From a bacterium (lineage in GTDB: Bacteria > Joyebacterota > Joyebacteria > Joyebacterales > Joyebacteraceae): DNA of 64,000 bases. The position numbers and the translations under genes were made by a program. Under the pieces are notes generated by a model, which had not been told where the DNA came from, searched no databases, and worked only from the letters and a program-made list of their open reading frames with translations. Positions 17,886 to 27,180 of this stretch are shown here, piece after piece (position 1 is the stretch's first letter; every line of letters starts with the position of its first letter). The stretch spans positions 163 through 64,162 of the forward strand of contig JALGZD010000154.1 in NCBI GenBank assembly GCA_025782395.1, written 5' to 3'.

Positions 17886-18668
17886 ATGGACTTCTTTGCC
17901 AAGATCGGCCAGTCAGCGATAAACATGTTCGCCGTAGTCGGCGCCGCCGGGGTCGTGTTCTGGCGCGCGCTGACCTCGCTTCGTCACCTGCCGAGATCCA
18001 TGGGGCTGGTGCTGGAGCAGATGCAGCGCATCGGCGTCGAATCGCTCCCGCTTGTCATGGTGACTTCCATTTTCACAGGTGCTGTGGCGTCCGTTCAGGT
18101 CTCCTATCAGCTCAAGGAGTATCTCCCCAAGGCCTATCTGGGGACGGCCATCTTCAAGTCCGTAGTGATCGAACTCGGTCCGGTTCTCACGGCTCTGGTC
18201 ATCGGTGGCCGCGTGGGTGCTTCGATCGCCGCCGAGCTCGGCACAATGCGGGTCACCGAGCAGATCGATGCGATGGAGGCGATGGCCATAGACCCCCATC
18301 GCTATCTGGTCATGCCCCGGATGCTTGGGGCTCTCATCATGCTCCCGGCACTCACGGTCATTGCCGACACGCTTGGGATAGGAGGCGGGTTCGTTGTTTC
18401 GAACGTGGCGCTCGATGTTTCAGGAAGGGTGTTTGTAGATGGAATGCGAACGCTCTTCTATGCCGGAGACGTGCTTGGAGGTCTCATCAAGGCATGCGTC
18501 TTCGGTCTCATCATAGCTCTCATGGGATGCACAGCAGGGCTTGCGACGAGAGGGGGCGCAGTCGGCGTAGGGAGAGCAGCCACACGGGCTGTTGTGGCAA
18601 GCTGTGTCCTCATTCTCATCAGCGACTACGTTCTGACTACGCTCATCTATGGAATCATCTTTTCCTAG
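17886..18668 (+). CDS. mlaE: MlaE-type ABC transporter permease
   Basis: 260 aa and polytopic. Sequence typical of MlaE/Ttg2B (ELGPVLTALVIGGRVGASIAAELGTMRVTEQIDAMEAM). Confidence 0.85.
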   Translation: MDFFAKIGQSAINMFAVVGAAGVVFWRALTSLRHLPRSMGLVLEQMQRIGVESLPLVMVTSIFTGAVASVQVSYQLKEYLPKAYLGTAIFKSVVIELGPVLTALVIGGRVGASIAAELGTMRVTEQIDAMEAMAIDPHRYLVMPRMLGALIMLPALTVIADTLGIGGGFVVSNVALDVSGRVFVDGMRTLFYAGDVLGGLIKACVFGLIIALMGCTAGLATRGGAVGVGRAATRAVVASCVLILISDYVLTTLIYGIIFS

Positions 18669-18676
18669 GAGGGGTA

Positions 18677-19459
18677 GTGTCTGGTCGGATCCTCATTGAT
18701 GTGCGGGATCTCTGGAAGTCGTTTGGGGAGAACCACGTGCTCCGCGGGCTCAGTCTGGAGCTGTTCGAGGGAGAGACGCTGGTCGTTCTGGGACCGTCGG
18801 GCTGCGGCAAAAGCGTTCTCCTCAAGCACATCATCGGTCTTCTTACACCTGATCGCGGTGAGGTGCTGTTTCGCGGCAGAAACGTATTCGACATGAGCGT
18901 GAGAGAGCTCAACAAGGCCAGACAGCATTTTGGAATGGTCTTCCAGGGAGCAGCGCTGTTCGACTCGATGACCGTGGGAGAGAACATCGGGCTGCCGGCT
19001 GTCGAGCACCGGGGGATGCGTGGAGAGGAACTGGAGGCGCTCGTTGAGGAGAAGCTCAGGCTCGTCGGTCTGGAGGGCATGTCCGGGCTCCGTCCAGCGG
19101 AGATATCAGGCGGGATGAAGAAGCGCGTCGCGCTCGCGAGAGCGATAGCGCTCAATCCGGACATCGTTCTCTACGATGAGCCCACGACAGGGCTGGATCC
19201 GATCATGGCGGAGCAGATAAACGAACTGATTTGCGACACCCAGAACAAGATCAGTGCCACCTCGATCGTCGTGACACACGATCTGCACAGCGCGTGCTTC
19301 ATCGGAGACAGGGTCGCGCTCGTCGAAAACGGAACGATAGAATTCGTCGGTTCGACCGACGAACTCATGGAAACCGAAGATGAAGGAGTGCGCAACTTCA
19401 TCGCGCGCGGTCGCGCAAATCGCGGACCGCATGAGAACAGAGGGGCCGGTCTCCACTAG
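18677..19459 (+). CDS. mlaF: MlaF-type ABC transporter ATP-binding protein
   Basis: GTG 18677 after AGGAGGGG. Walker A GPSGCGKS, signature ISGGMKKRVALARA, Walker B IVLYDEPT. The ORF-track start 18494 overlaps mlaE and is unlikely. Confidence 0.88.
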   Translation: MSGRILIDVRDLWKSFGENHVLRGLSLELFEGETLVVLGPSGCGKSVLLKHIIGLLTPDRGEVLFRGRNVFDMSVRELNKARQHFGMVFQGAALFDSMTVGENIGLPAVEHRGMRGEELEALVEEKLRLVGLEGMSGLRPAEISGGMKKRVALARAIALNPDIVLYDEPTTGLDPIMAEQINELICDTQNKISATSIVVTHDLHSACFIGDRVALVENGTIEFVGSTDELMETEDEGVRNFIARGRANRGPHENRGAGLH

Positions 19460-19540
19460 ACCAGGGCCGGACCGGGGCCGACGGCCCGGAGGCAGACAAA
19501 GCGTCCGGCGCGTCGGATGTCTCACATCCGGAGGCGACGT

Positions 19541-20407
19541 ATGACAGGACATGCGAACGAGGTGCGGGTAGGAATGGCACTCATGGTGGCCCTCGTGCTG
19601 CTGGTCGTCGGCATCCTCTGGCTGAGCGGTGCCAGCTTTGGGGATGCGACCTACTCATTCGGCATTCTCTTCAATGAGGTCGGCGGTCTCGGACTGACGG
19701 ACAAGGTAACGGTGGCGGGACTGGAGGCAGGCCAGGTGTCCGGGCTGACACTATCGAATCGAGGTAGTGTTCTGGCGGATGTTCGCATCAAGGCGAGCAT
19801 CGACATCCCGGTCGATTCGCGCATCACCGTTGGGAGCTACGGTTTTCTCGGGGCGAAGCATGTAAACGTCCGTCCCGGAACCAGCACCGTCTACATCCAG
19901 CCCGGCGCAACGGTCACAGGTACTGAGGAAAAAGGTGTGAACGACGTCCTGAACGAGATGGGTGACGCTCTGGTCGAGATACGGCAGGTTCTCAGGAGCG
20001 CGGACGAGATACTGAGCGATGCCGAGGGCAAGGAGCAGATCAAGAGGACCCTGAACAAGGCCGAAGACGCCGCGGGGACCCTCAACCTGGTCATCTCGGA
20101 TCTCAGGGTTGTTGCTTCCGATCTCAAGGGGTTCATCGAGGTGAAGCGCGACCCCGCGTCCGAGGCAATCGACTCGATAGCCGAGGCGTCCGAGATGTTC
20201 GCCGAGGCGGGGGTGAAGCTCGATACGATAGCGGCCTCACTCGATTCCATTCTGATTCGCGTCGCGAGCGGTGAGGGTACTCTAGGAAAACTGATCAACG
20301 ACGAGCAGGCTCACGACGAGTTCATAGCCGCTATCAAAGAAGTCAGGGATCTCGTGGCGGATATCCGGGAGAATCCCAAGAGCTTCGTGAGGTTCTCCAT
20401 CTTCTAG
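19541..20407 (+). CDS. mlaD: MlaD/MCE-domain protein
   Basis: ATG 19541 lies 6 nt after GGAGG. Single N-terminal TM, then an MCE domain (GGLGLTDKVTVAGLEAGQVSGLTL), then a coiled-coil tail. Confidence 0.8.
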   Translation: MTGHANEVRVGMALMVALVLLVVGILWLSGASFGDATYSFGILFNEVGGLGLTDKVTVAGLEAGQVSGLTLSNRGSVLADVRIKASIDIPVDSRITVGSYGFLGAKHVNVRPGTSTVYIQPGATVTGTEEKGVNDVLNEMGDALVEIRQVLRSADEILSDAEGKEQIKRTLNKAEDAAGTLNLVISDLRVVASDLKGFIEVKRDPASEAIDSIAEASEMFAEAGVKLDTIAASLDSILIRVASGEGTLGKLINDEQAHDEFIAAIKEVRDLVADIRENPKSFVRFSIF

Positions 20408-20450
20408 CAGGACCGGAGCCGGCGATTATGCACCTGCGCGGAGCGCATAC

Positions 20451-21893
20451 GTGAAAAAGAAGACGGTCTTCTTCTGCAAGGAATGCGGCACCGAGTCACC
20501 CAAGTGGCTCGGGAAGTGTCCGGGGTGCGGCGAGTGGAACACACTCGTCGAGCAGGAGGTGGGACCCGGCGATGGCGGGAAGCGCGAAGCGCATCTGAGG
20601 GCTCCCGCAGAAGCGCCGGTTCCGCTCAACCGCGTCGGAGACGACAAGCGGGAACGGCTTCCCACAGGCATCGGCGAGTTCGACAGAACGCTTGGGGGAG
20701 GAATTGTGCCCGGGTCTGTGATCCTTGTGGGCGGCGATCCCGGCATCGGCAAGTCTACGATCCTCCTGCAGGTGAGCGAAGCAGTCGCACGACAGGGTGA
20801 GATCGTACTCTACGTGAGCGGGGAAGAGTCCGCTTCTCAGATCAGGATGCGCGCTCGGAGGTTGGGAATCGACTCTGAGACGATCATCCTCTACACCGAA
20901 ACGGATGTCGTGCGCGTAATTGAAGAGGCCACGGGGGTGTCACCCGGCGTTCTCGTCCTCGACTCGATCCAGACCGCCAGCCATCCCGGGATCTCCGGTT
21001 CGCCGGGGAGTGTGTCGCAGGTGCGCGAGTCGGCGGCCGCGCTCGTCCGCTTTGCGAAGGATCGGGCGGTTCCCGTCTTTCTCGTCGGGCACGTGACGAA
21101 GCAAGGCTCAATTGCCGGGCCGCGCATCCTCGAGCACATGGTTGACACCGTTCTCTACTTCGAGGGCGACAAGCGGCTCCCGTACAGAATCCTGAGAGCG
21201 GTCAAGAACCGATTCGGCTCGACCGACGAGATAGGCGTCTTCGAGATGACAACCGGAGGGCTCAAGGAAGTAGCCGACCCGTCGGGGCTTTTCGTCTCGC
21301 GGGACCGCGAACTGATATCCGGAACGACGGTAATAGCGAGCGTCGAAGGTACCCGGGCACTCCTCGTGGAGATCCAGTCGCTCACGGGGCTTTCGAACTA
21401 CGCGACGCCGCAACGATCGAGCACCGGTATCGACCGGAAGCGGCTTCCCCTCATGCTGGCGGTGCTCGAACGGCGTGGAGGACTGAGCTTGGGGAGTCGC
21501 GACGTCTTCGTGAGTATCGCCGGTGGTGTCAGAGTAGAGGAGCCGGCCGCGGATCTGGGAATAGCACTGGCTATTGCCTCGAGCTACTGGGATGTGCCAC
21601 TCGACGGAGGGACGGCCGTGTTCGGCGAGATCGGCCTCGGCGGTGAGATCCGACGGGTGACCCACGCCGGCAAGCGCGCACAGGAGGCGGCCCGGTTGGG
21701 TTACTCGAGGCTCGTGCTGCCGAGCGGCTCTCTGTCCCGGGCGGAGCGTCCGGATGGAGTGGAGATCCTGGAGGTCAAGCGGATCGGTGACGCGATCGAT
21801 CTTCTGATGGATGGGCAGCGACAATGCCCGCCGGGTGGGCGTTCGGGCGTGAGAGCCGGAGACGACGGACACAATGATGGGAGCCTGCCGTGA
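20451..21893 (+). CDS. radA: DNA repair protein RadA
   Basis: Zinc ribbon CKECGTESPKWLGKCPGCGEWNT. Walker A GGDPGIGKST. KNRFG motif (AVKNRFGSTDE). Lon-like C-terminal domain. Confidence 0.92.
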   Translation: MKKKTVFFCKECGTESPKWLGKCPGCGEWNTLVEQEVGPGDGGKREAHLRAPAEAPVPLNRVGDDKRERLPTGIGEFDRTLGGGIVPGSVILVGGDPGIGKSTILLQVSEAVARQGEIVLYVSGEESASQIRMRARRLGIDSETIILYTETDVVRVIEEATGVSPGVLVLDSIQTASHPGISGSPGSVSQVRESAAALVRFAKDRAVPVFLVGHVTKQGSIAGPRILEHMVDTVLYFEGDKRLPYRILRAVKNRFGSTDEIGVFEMTTGGLKEVADPSGLFVSRDRELISGTTVIASVEGTRALLVEIQSLTGLSNYATPQRSSTGIDRKRLPLMLAVLERRGGLSLGSRDVFVSIAGGVRVEEPAADLGIALAIASSYWDVPLDGGTAVFGEIGLGGEIRRVTHAGKRAQEAARLGYSRLVLPSGSLSRAERPDGVEILEVKRIGDAIDLLMDGQRQCPPGGRSGVRAGDDGHNDGSLP

Positions 21894-23065
21894 GTCGCGT
21901 CGGTGTTGTGCTCGTGGCGGCCGGTTCATCGACGCGAATCGGCCGCGAGACGCCCAAACAGTTCCAGATGCTGGGACTGAAACCGATGTTCATCGCATCA
22001 CTTGAGCCCCTTCTTCCCTTTGCCGACGAGGTGATAATCGTCGTTCCCGCGGGACGCGAAGATCATGCAGAGACCGCACTCACTGCTGCAGGTCTCTCCG
22101 TCACAGCTGTGGTTGCGGGAGGAGACAGACGCAGAGACTCAGTGGAGAGTGGCCTGGCGGCGCTGAGCGAGAACGTGGAACTCGTGCTCATCCACGATGC
22201 AGCGCGTCCCTTTGTGACTGCGGGTCTGATCAGGCGTGTGCTCGACGCGGCGTCGGTCTCGGGGGCGGCTATTCCCGCGGCGCCTGTTCCGGATACCGTC
22301 AAACGAGTAGAGGATGGCACAGTCGTAGCGACCCTTGATCGTTCCGTCCTGAGACTCGCGCAGACCCCCCAGGCTTTCCGGCGCGATGTGATAGTGAACG
22401 CATATTCTGCGCTCAGAGATGATGACGTGACTGATGAAGCGGCGGTGGTGGAACTTGCCGGCATCGCGGTAAGCGTCGTTCTCGGGGAGCCGGGCAACAC
22501 TAAGATCACGGAGCCCGAAGATCTCGAACTCGCGCGGTTGAGGGCCGAGGTTGCGGTCGGACTCAGCGCCGGTGTCAGGGTGGGAATCGGGATCGACTGC
22601 CACAAGTTGGTTGAAGGACGGCCGCTTGTTCTCGGAGGAATCAGCATCCCGTTCGACAAGGGACTCGACGGTCACTCGGACGCCGACGTCCTGACCCACG
22701 CCATCTGCGACGCCCTTCTGGGCGCAGTCGCCGCTGGAGACATAGGCCATCACTTCCCTCCAGGTGCCCCTGAGTTCAAGAACATCTCGAGTATTGTTCT
22801 CCTTGAGCGCGTTGTCGGCATCGTGGCGGAGAGCGGCTACGAGCCGGCGAGCATCGATGCAACGGTGGTGGCCGAGCGGCCGAAGCTCGCGGCGCACATC
22901 CCGGCGATGAGCAAAAGGCTCGCGGAAGCCATGGCAGTATCACCGAGTGCCGTTTCCATCAAGGCGACTACCACGGAAGGGACAGGACCAGAGGGCAAGG
23001 GGATCGCCATTACCGCGCATGCTGTGACCGTGGTTCGAAGGCGCGCTCAGGCCCGGATCGAGTAG
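21890..23065 (+). CDS. ispDF: Bifunctional IspD/IspF (MEP cytidylyltransferase / MEcPP synthase)
   Basis: GTGA overlap with radA. IspD N-terminus VLVAAGSSTRIG. IspF C-terminus GIGIDCHKL...GHSDADVLTHA. Confidence 0.9.
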   Translation: MSRVGVVLVAAGSSTRIGRETPKQFQMLGLKPMFIASLEPLLPFADEVIIVVPAGREDHAETALTAAGLSVTAVVAGGDRRRDSVESGLAALSENVELVLIHDAARPFVTAGLIRRVLDAASVSGAAIPAAPVPDTVKRVEDGTVVATLDRSVLRLAQTPQAFRRDVIVNAYSALRDDDVTDEAAVVELAGIAVSVVLGEPGNTKITEPEDLELARLRAEVAVGLSAGVRVGIGIDCHKLVEGRPLVLGGISIPFDKGLDGHSDADVLTHAICDALLGAVAAGDIGHHFPPGAPEFKNISSIVLLERVVGIVAESGYEPASIDATVVAERPKLAAHIPAMSKRLAEAMAVSPSAVSIKATTTEGTGPEGKGIAITAHAVTVVRRRAQARIE

Positions 23066-23117
23066 AATACCAGGAGCCGACGGCGAGGCCGCAGGTAGAA
23101 CGAGACGTGAGGAATCG

Positions 23118-24566
23118 ATGACAGGACCCGTTCGAGTCAGATTCGCTCCCAGCCCGACTGGGCATCTTCATCTCGGAAATGCAAGGACCGCTCTCTTTAA
23201 CTGGCTCTTCGCGAGGCACGAGGAGGGCACGTTCATCTTGCGTGTCGAGGACACGGATACCGTTCGCTCCACGGATGAGTCGGAACGCATGATCCTCGAT
23301 GATCTCAGGTGGCTCGGTCTTGACTGGGACGAAGGGCCGGGAGTCGGAGGGGAGTTCGGGCCGTACCGCCAGTCGGAACGAGGCGGCATCTACCGGGAAC
23401 ATGCGGAGCGACTACTCGCCGAGGGAAAAGCCTTCACATGCTACTGCAGCGACGAGAGGCTTGAGAAGAATCGGAAGAGGGCTCGTGATGAGGGAACGGT
23501 TCCCCAGTACGATGGCACCTGCCGACACCTGTCCGAGAGCGAGCGACGCGCCTACGAGCGAGACGGAATCAGGCCGACGATCCGCCTGCGAGCCCCGGAA
23601 GCGAACATCATCGTCGAGGACATGATTCGGGGCCGGGTCGAGTTCGGGAAGGAGATGCTGGGCGATTTCATCATCCTGAGGAGCGACGGAAGGCCGACTT
23701 ACAACTTCGCAGTTGTTGTGGACGATGCGCTCATGAAGATCACGCACGTCATCCGCGCTGAGGATCATCTTCCGAACACAATGCGCCAGCAGTTTCTCTA
23801 CAGCCGGCTGGGATACGAGCTACCGCTCTTCGCCCACGTATCGCTCATTGTGGCGCAGGACCGGAGCAAGCTTTCGAAACGGCGGGCGGCTACCTCCGTA
23901 CACGAGCTGCGCCGGGCGGGGTTTCTCCCCAGCGCAGTCACCAACTACTTAGCACTCCTCGGCTGGTCGCATCCCGAGGCCAAAGAGATCCTCTCGCGGG
24001 AGGAGCTCGTGGGTGCGTTCAATCTCAAGAGGGTAAGCGCAAGCGCAGCGGCGTTCGATGACGACAAACTTGAGTGGGTAAACGGACACCACCTCCGCGA
24101 GTCGCCGCTCTCGGTCGTGGTGGCTGCCGCGAAGCCGTTCGCCGGATCAGCCGGGTTCGATCCGGACGATGCACGCTTTCCTGCCATCGTGGATCTAGTT
24201 CGCGACGGGCTCGACCGACTGTCCAATCTGCCCGAAGAGATAGCTCCGTTCTACGATCGGGAGTTCGATCTTGAGCCCGAGGCAGAAGAGTGGGTTTCGC
24301 AGCATGAGAGCCGCGAATTGCTCGGGGCGCTGGCGGATTCTCTTGCCGCAGCCCGGGGGAAACTGGACGCGGCGGAGTTCAAAGCTGCGCTCAAGAGCCA
24401 AGGCAGTGGTCTCGGTCTGAAGGGTAAGGGTCTTTTCATGCCGACACGCGCGGCTCTTACCGGGCGTACACACGGTCCCGCCCTCGGCAGCACCGCCGAG
24501 TTGTTGGGCCGGAAACGTGTCATCTCGCGGTGCCGGGCCGCGGCAGGGAACGTCGAGAAGCAGTGA
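23118..24566 (+). CDS. gltX: Glutamate--tRNA ligase
   Basis: HIGH region RFAPSPTGHLHLGNAR and KMSKS-like KLSKR. 482 aa. Confidence 0.92.
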   Translation: MTGPVRVRFAPSPTGHLHLGNARTALFNWLFARHEEGTFILRVEDTDTVRSTDESERMILDDLRWLGLDWDEGPGVGGEFGPYRQSERGGIYREHAERLLAEGKAFTCYCSDERLEKNRKRARDEGTVPQYDGTCRHLSESERRAYERDGIRPTIRLRAPEANIIVEDMIRGRVEFGKEMLGDFIILRSDGRPTYNFAVVVDDALMKITHVIRAEDHLPNTMRQQFLYSRLGYELPLFAHVSLIVAQDRSKLSKRRAATSVHELRRAGFLPSAVTNYLALLGWSHPEAKEILSREELVGAFNLKRVSASAAAFDDDKLEWVNGHHLRESPLSVVVAAAKPFAGSAGFDPDDARFPAIVDLVRDGLDRLSNLPEEIAPFYDREFDLEPEAEEWVSQHESRELLGALADSLAAARGKLDAAEFKAALKSQGSGLGLKGKGLFMPTRAALTGRTHGPALGSTAELLGRKRVISRCRAAAGNVEKQ

Positions 24567-24655
24567 CTTGAGTGGAGCAGAAGGACGCTCGACTGTGTGC
24601 TGCGAAGCAGAAGGGCACTCGGCCGTGTGCTGCGAAGCAGAAGAACGCTCTGTCC
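24566..24655. repeat. ~3 copies of a ~30-nt tandem repeat beginning at the gltX stop codon
   Basis: GTGTGCTGCGAAGCAGAAGGGCACTCGGCC (24595-24624) and GTGTGCTGCGAAGCAGAAGAACGCTCTGTCC (24625-24655), preceded by a degenerate copy ttgagtggagcagaaggacgctcgact. The last gltX codons (gagaagcagtga) resemble the repeat core. Confidence 0.85.
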
Positions 24656-24715
24656 GTCAGATGTTTGGAGGCGCCATTCGATGCGAGTGAACCGTGAGAC
24701 CCAAGGAGGACCAGC

Positions 24716-25783
24716 TTGAAGATCGCTGTGCTCTATGGAGGCACCTCCACAGAGCGTGATATTTCGCTCGTGACCGGCAGAGCGATCGGGCTGGCGCTCG
24801 CAGGGCGGGGCCACGAGGTTCTGCTCGTCGATACCGCACGTGGTGACGTGCCGGTGGGACCTGAGCAGGCTGCTGCTGCGGCCGGAATAGGCGCAAAACC
24901 GCCCCGTCTCGGGCACGAAAAGGGAAACGCCCTGAATGCTGTCGCAGGCCGCGCCGTCTCCGACGCCGACGTCGTGTTCGTCGCGTTGCATGGAGGCACG
25001 GGGGAGGACGGAACGATCCAGGGACTTCTGGAACTCGCGGGAAAGCGATACACTGGTTCCGGCGTCCTGGCCAGTGGCCTTGCCATGGACAAGCGCGCGG
25101 CGAAAGTACTGTTTCGTGAGGTCGGTGTTCCTACCCCACGTTGGACCATCGTCAGATACGATGGCCCCGCCGGCGGGGGAGGAGCACCCGCGTTTCCGGA
25201 TGACGTCCGAGTGTCGCAGGTTTCCGGTGGAAAGGCATCCGGGGAGATGGTATTCGGGGAAGCGAGCGAACTCGGTGGCTATCCGCTGATAGTCAAGCCG
25301 AACGACCAAGGTTCGACGGTCGGACTCACTCTCGTCAGGGAGGAGTCCCTTCTTGCGCCTGCGATCGAGTTGGCTGCCGAGTATTCGCGCCGGGTGCTCA
25401 TGGAGGCCTACATCCCGGGACGGGAGATGACGGTTGCGATCCTGGGAGAGACGGCGCTACCAGTGGTCGAGATCACGCCGGAGCGCGGACTCTACGACTA
25501 CGAAAGCAAGTACACCAAGGGGCAAAGCAGCTACGTGTGTCCCGCAGAGATCCCGGACTCCCTGTCGAGCGAGCTTGAGCGGTTTGCCCTCCTGGCATAC
25601 AGTGCCCTAGGGTGCGTCGGGTATGCGAGGGTCGATTTCCGCGTCACCGATGAACTCGAGCCATTCTGTCTCGAGGTCAACACGGTCCCTGGGATGACGG
25701 CAGTAAGCCTCGTTCCAATGGCTGCTGAGGCCGCCGGGATAAGCTTCCCGGATCTGGTCGAGAAGATCGTAGAACTCGCCTGA
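24716..25783 (+). CDS. ddl: D-alanine--D-alanine ligase
   Basis: TTG start 6 nt after AAGGAGGA. KIAVLYGGTSTERDISL, ALHGGTGEDGTIQGLLE, and ATP-grasp C-terminus LEVNTVPGMT. Confidence 0.9.
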   Translation: MKIAVLYGGTSTERDISLVTGRAIGLALAGRGHEVLLVDTARGDVPVGPEQAAAAAGIGAKPPRLGHEKGNALNAVAGRAVSDADVVFVALHGGTGEDGTIQGLLELAGKRYTGSGVLASGLAMDKRAAKVLFREVGVPTPRWTIVRYDGPAGGGGAPAFPDDVRVSQVSGGKASGEMVFGEASELGGYPLIVKPNDQGSTVGLTLVREESLLAPAIELAAEYSRRVLMEAYIPGREMTVAILGETALPVVEITPERGLYDYESKYTKGQSSYVCPAEIPDSLSSELERFALLAYSALGCVGYARVDFRVTDELEPFCLEVNTVPGMTAVSLVPMAAEAAGISFPDLVEKIVELA

Positions 25784-25796
25784 AATCAGCACATTC

Positions 25797-25812
25797 TGGC
25801 ACATCGGATGCA
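25797..25812 (+). promoter_or_regulatory. Candidate sigma-54 promoter (TGGCAC-N5-ATGCA)
   Basis: TGGCACATCGGATGCA has GG and GC at the canonical -24/-12 spacing (GG at positions 2-3, GC at 14-15). It sits 14 nt after the ddl stop and 344 nt upstream of the first EPS gene. Confidence 0.3.
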
Positions 25813-26155
25813 CCAATGCCCATGTCGTCGATGCGATGAGCGCACGATTCGGCAGGGCATGTAAACTGCCTCGACAGTCGGAGCAGCCGGCGGAGTGTCG
25901 GTATCTTGCTATATGGTCACAGGTTAGCCGTATTGGTAAGGATACTGCCTACTGAACAGTGTCGACAAACTTTACACTTCTGAGCGATCATCGTTGACTG
26001 GCACTCGGTGCGCTGCTAGCGTTGTGCCAATCTTCGTTGCAGTTGCGTTCCAGAGGAGCGCTGCACGAAGCCTCTGTTGCGGAAGTGTAACAGGTGACGG
26101 CAGATAGAAGACGAACCGTGTCGCTCGGCGCAGGTGACCCAAGGGGGATCGGTCC

Positions 26156-27136
26156 ATGTGTAGACACATTCTTTTTGACGCTTTTTTTCCTGTGCTCATC
26201 GCTGTGGCGGTTCTTGCGCCTGCGGCGACGGCACAGGAGACGGAATACATGATCGGCGCAGGCGACATTCTCGCCGTCTCGGTCTGGCGCCACGCGGATC
26301 TGGACAGAAACGTCGTCGTGCGGACGAACGGGCTCATCACATTCCCGCCGGTCGGGGAGCTGATGGCGCAGGGGATGACGCCCACGGCGCTCGGCCGCGA
26401 GCTCACGCAGCGGCTCCGGGACTACACGCGAGAGACGAATCAGGTAACAGTGGCAATGGTCCAGTTCAACAGCCGGGCCATTTTCCTGACCGGCCAGATA
26501 GCAATGCCCGGACGCTACAGCTTCGAACAGGTTCCGGACATACTTCAGGTGATGAGCGAGGCTGGGGGGCCTCTTCCGACGGCAGACCTGTCGTCGGTCT
26601 CCGTTATCCGTCCGACGACTGCCGGGCCGGAGGTGATCCGGATCGATCTCGGTGCGTACATGCGGGGTGAGAAAGCCGTCGCGCTGCCGGAGCTCAGACC
26701 TGGTGACACAGTCGAGTTCCCGGCCACCTACGGTGGTGGGGTGACGGGTCCGGGGATCGTTTACGTGCTTGGCGAGGTCAATCGCCCGGGTGCCTACCCG
26801 CTGACCGAAGGCATGGATCTCCTGCAGGTTCTCGCTCTGGCGGGAGGAACGACCAGAGAGGCTAAGCTGGCAGACGTTGTCGTCGTGATGAACGCGGGCG
26901 AGAGTCAGGTTGCGGCGAACGTCGATCTCACTCGCATAACGCGCGACGGAACGGGCCGTCCGTTCCACCTCTCGGCAGGCGACAGAATCGTTGTGCCGAT
27001 GGCGGGCTCAAGCATCGGCGAGGTTCTTCTGACCGGCGCCGGCTCGCTGCTGAGCGCGTCGACGGACGTTCTACAGGGCTACCTCCTGTATCTCACAGTC
27101 GATCGAACACTAAAGGACACGAAACTCCGGCAGTAG
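26156..27136 (+). CDS. Polysaccharide export protein (Wza/EpsE-like, Poly_export + SLBB)
   Basis: Signal peptide ...AVLAPAATAQE. Poly_export motif YMIGAGDILAVSVWRHADLDRNVVVRTNGLITFPPVGEL. SLBB-like VYVLGEVNRPGAYPL. Confidence 0.85.
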   Translation: MCRHILFDAFFPVLIAVAVLAPAATAQETEYMIGAGDILAVSVWRHADLDRNVVVRTNGLITFPPVGELMAQGMTPTALGRELTQRLRDYTRETNQVTVAMVQFNSRAIFLTGQIAMPGRYSFEQVPDILQVMSEAGGPLPTADLSSVSVIRPTTAGPEVIRIDLGAYMRGEKAVALPELRPGDTVEFPATYGGGVTGPGIVYVLGEVNRPGAYPLTEGMDLLQVLALAGGTTREAKLADVVVVMNAGESQVAANVDLTRITRDGTGRPFHLSAGDRIVVPMAGSSIGEVLLTGAGSLLSASTDVLQGYLLYLTVDRTLKDTKLRQ

Positions 27137-27180
27137 TTGAGCAGCCAGACCCAACCCTGGGCACTACACGTGGGGGACAC

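Noticed and set aside
24566-24655. Possible CRISPR array (also considered for 59491-59680 and 11757-11840).
   Set aside because: The repeats are directly contiguous with no unique spacers, the units are degenerate, and no cas genes are in the window. These are tandem repeats, not CRISPR.
25999-26013. Second sigma-54-like element TGGCACTCGGTGCGC before the EPS operon.
   Set aside because: The spacing is correct, but the -12 box is poor (GCGC instead of TTGC). It coincides with a TTGACT-17-TAGCGT sigma-70-like promoter. I kept it only as a note inside the leader finding.
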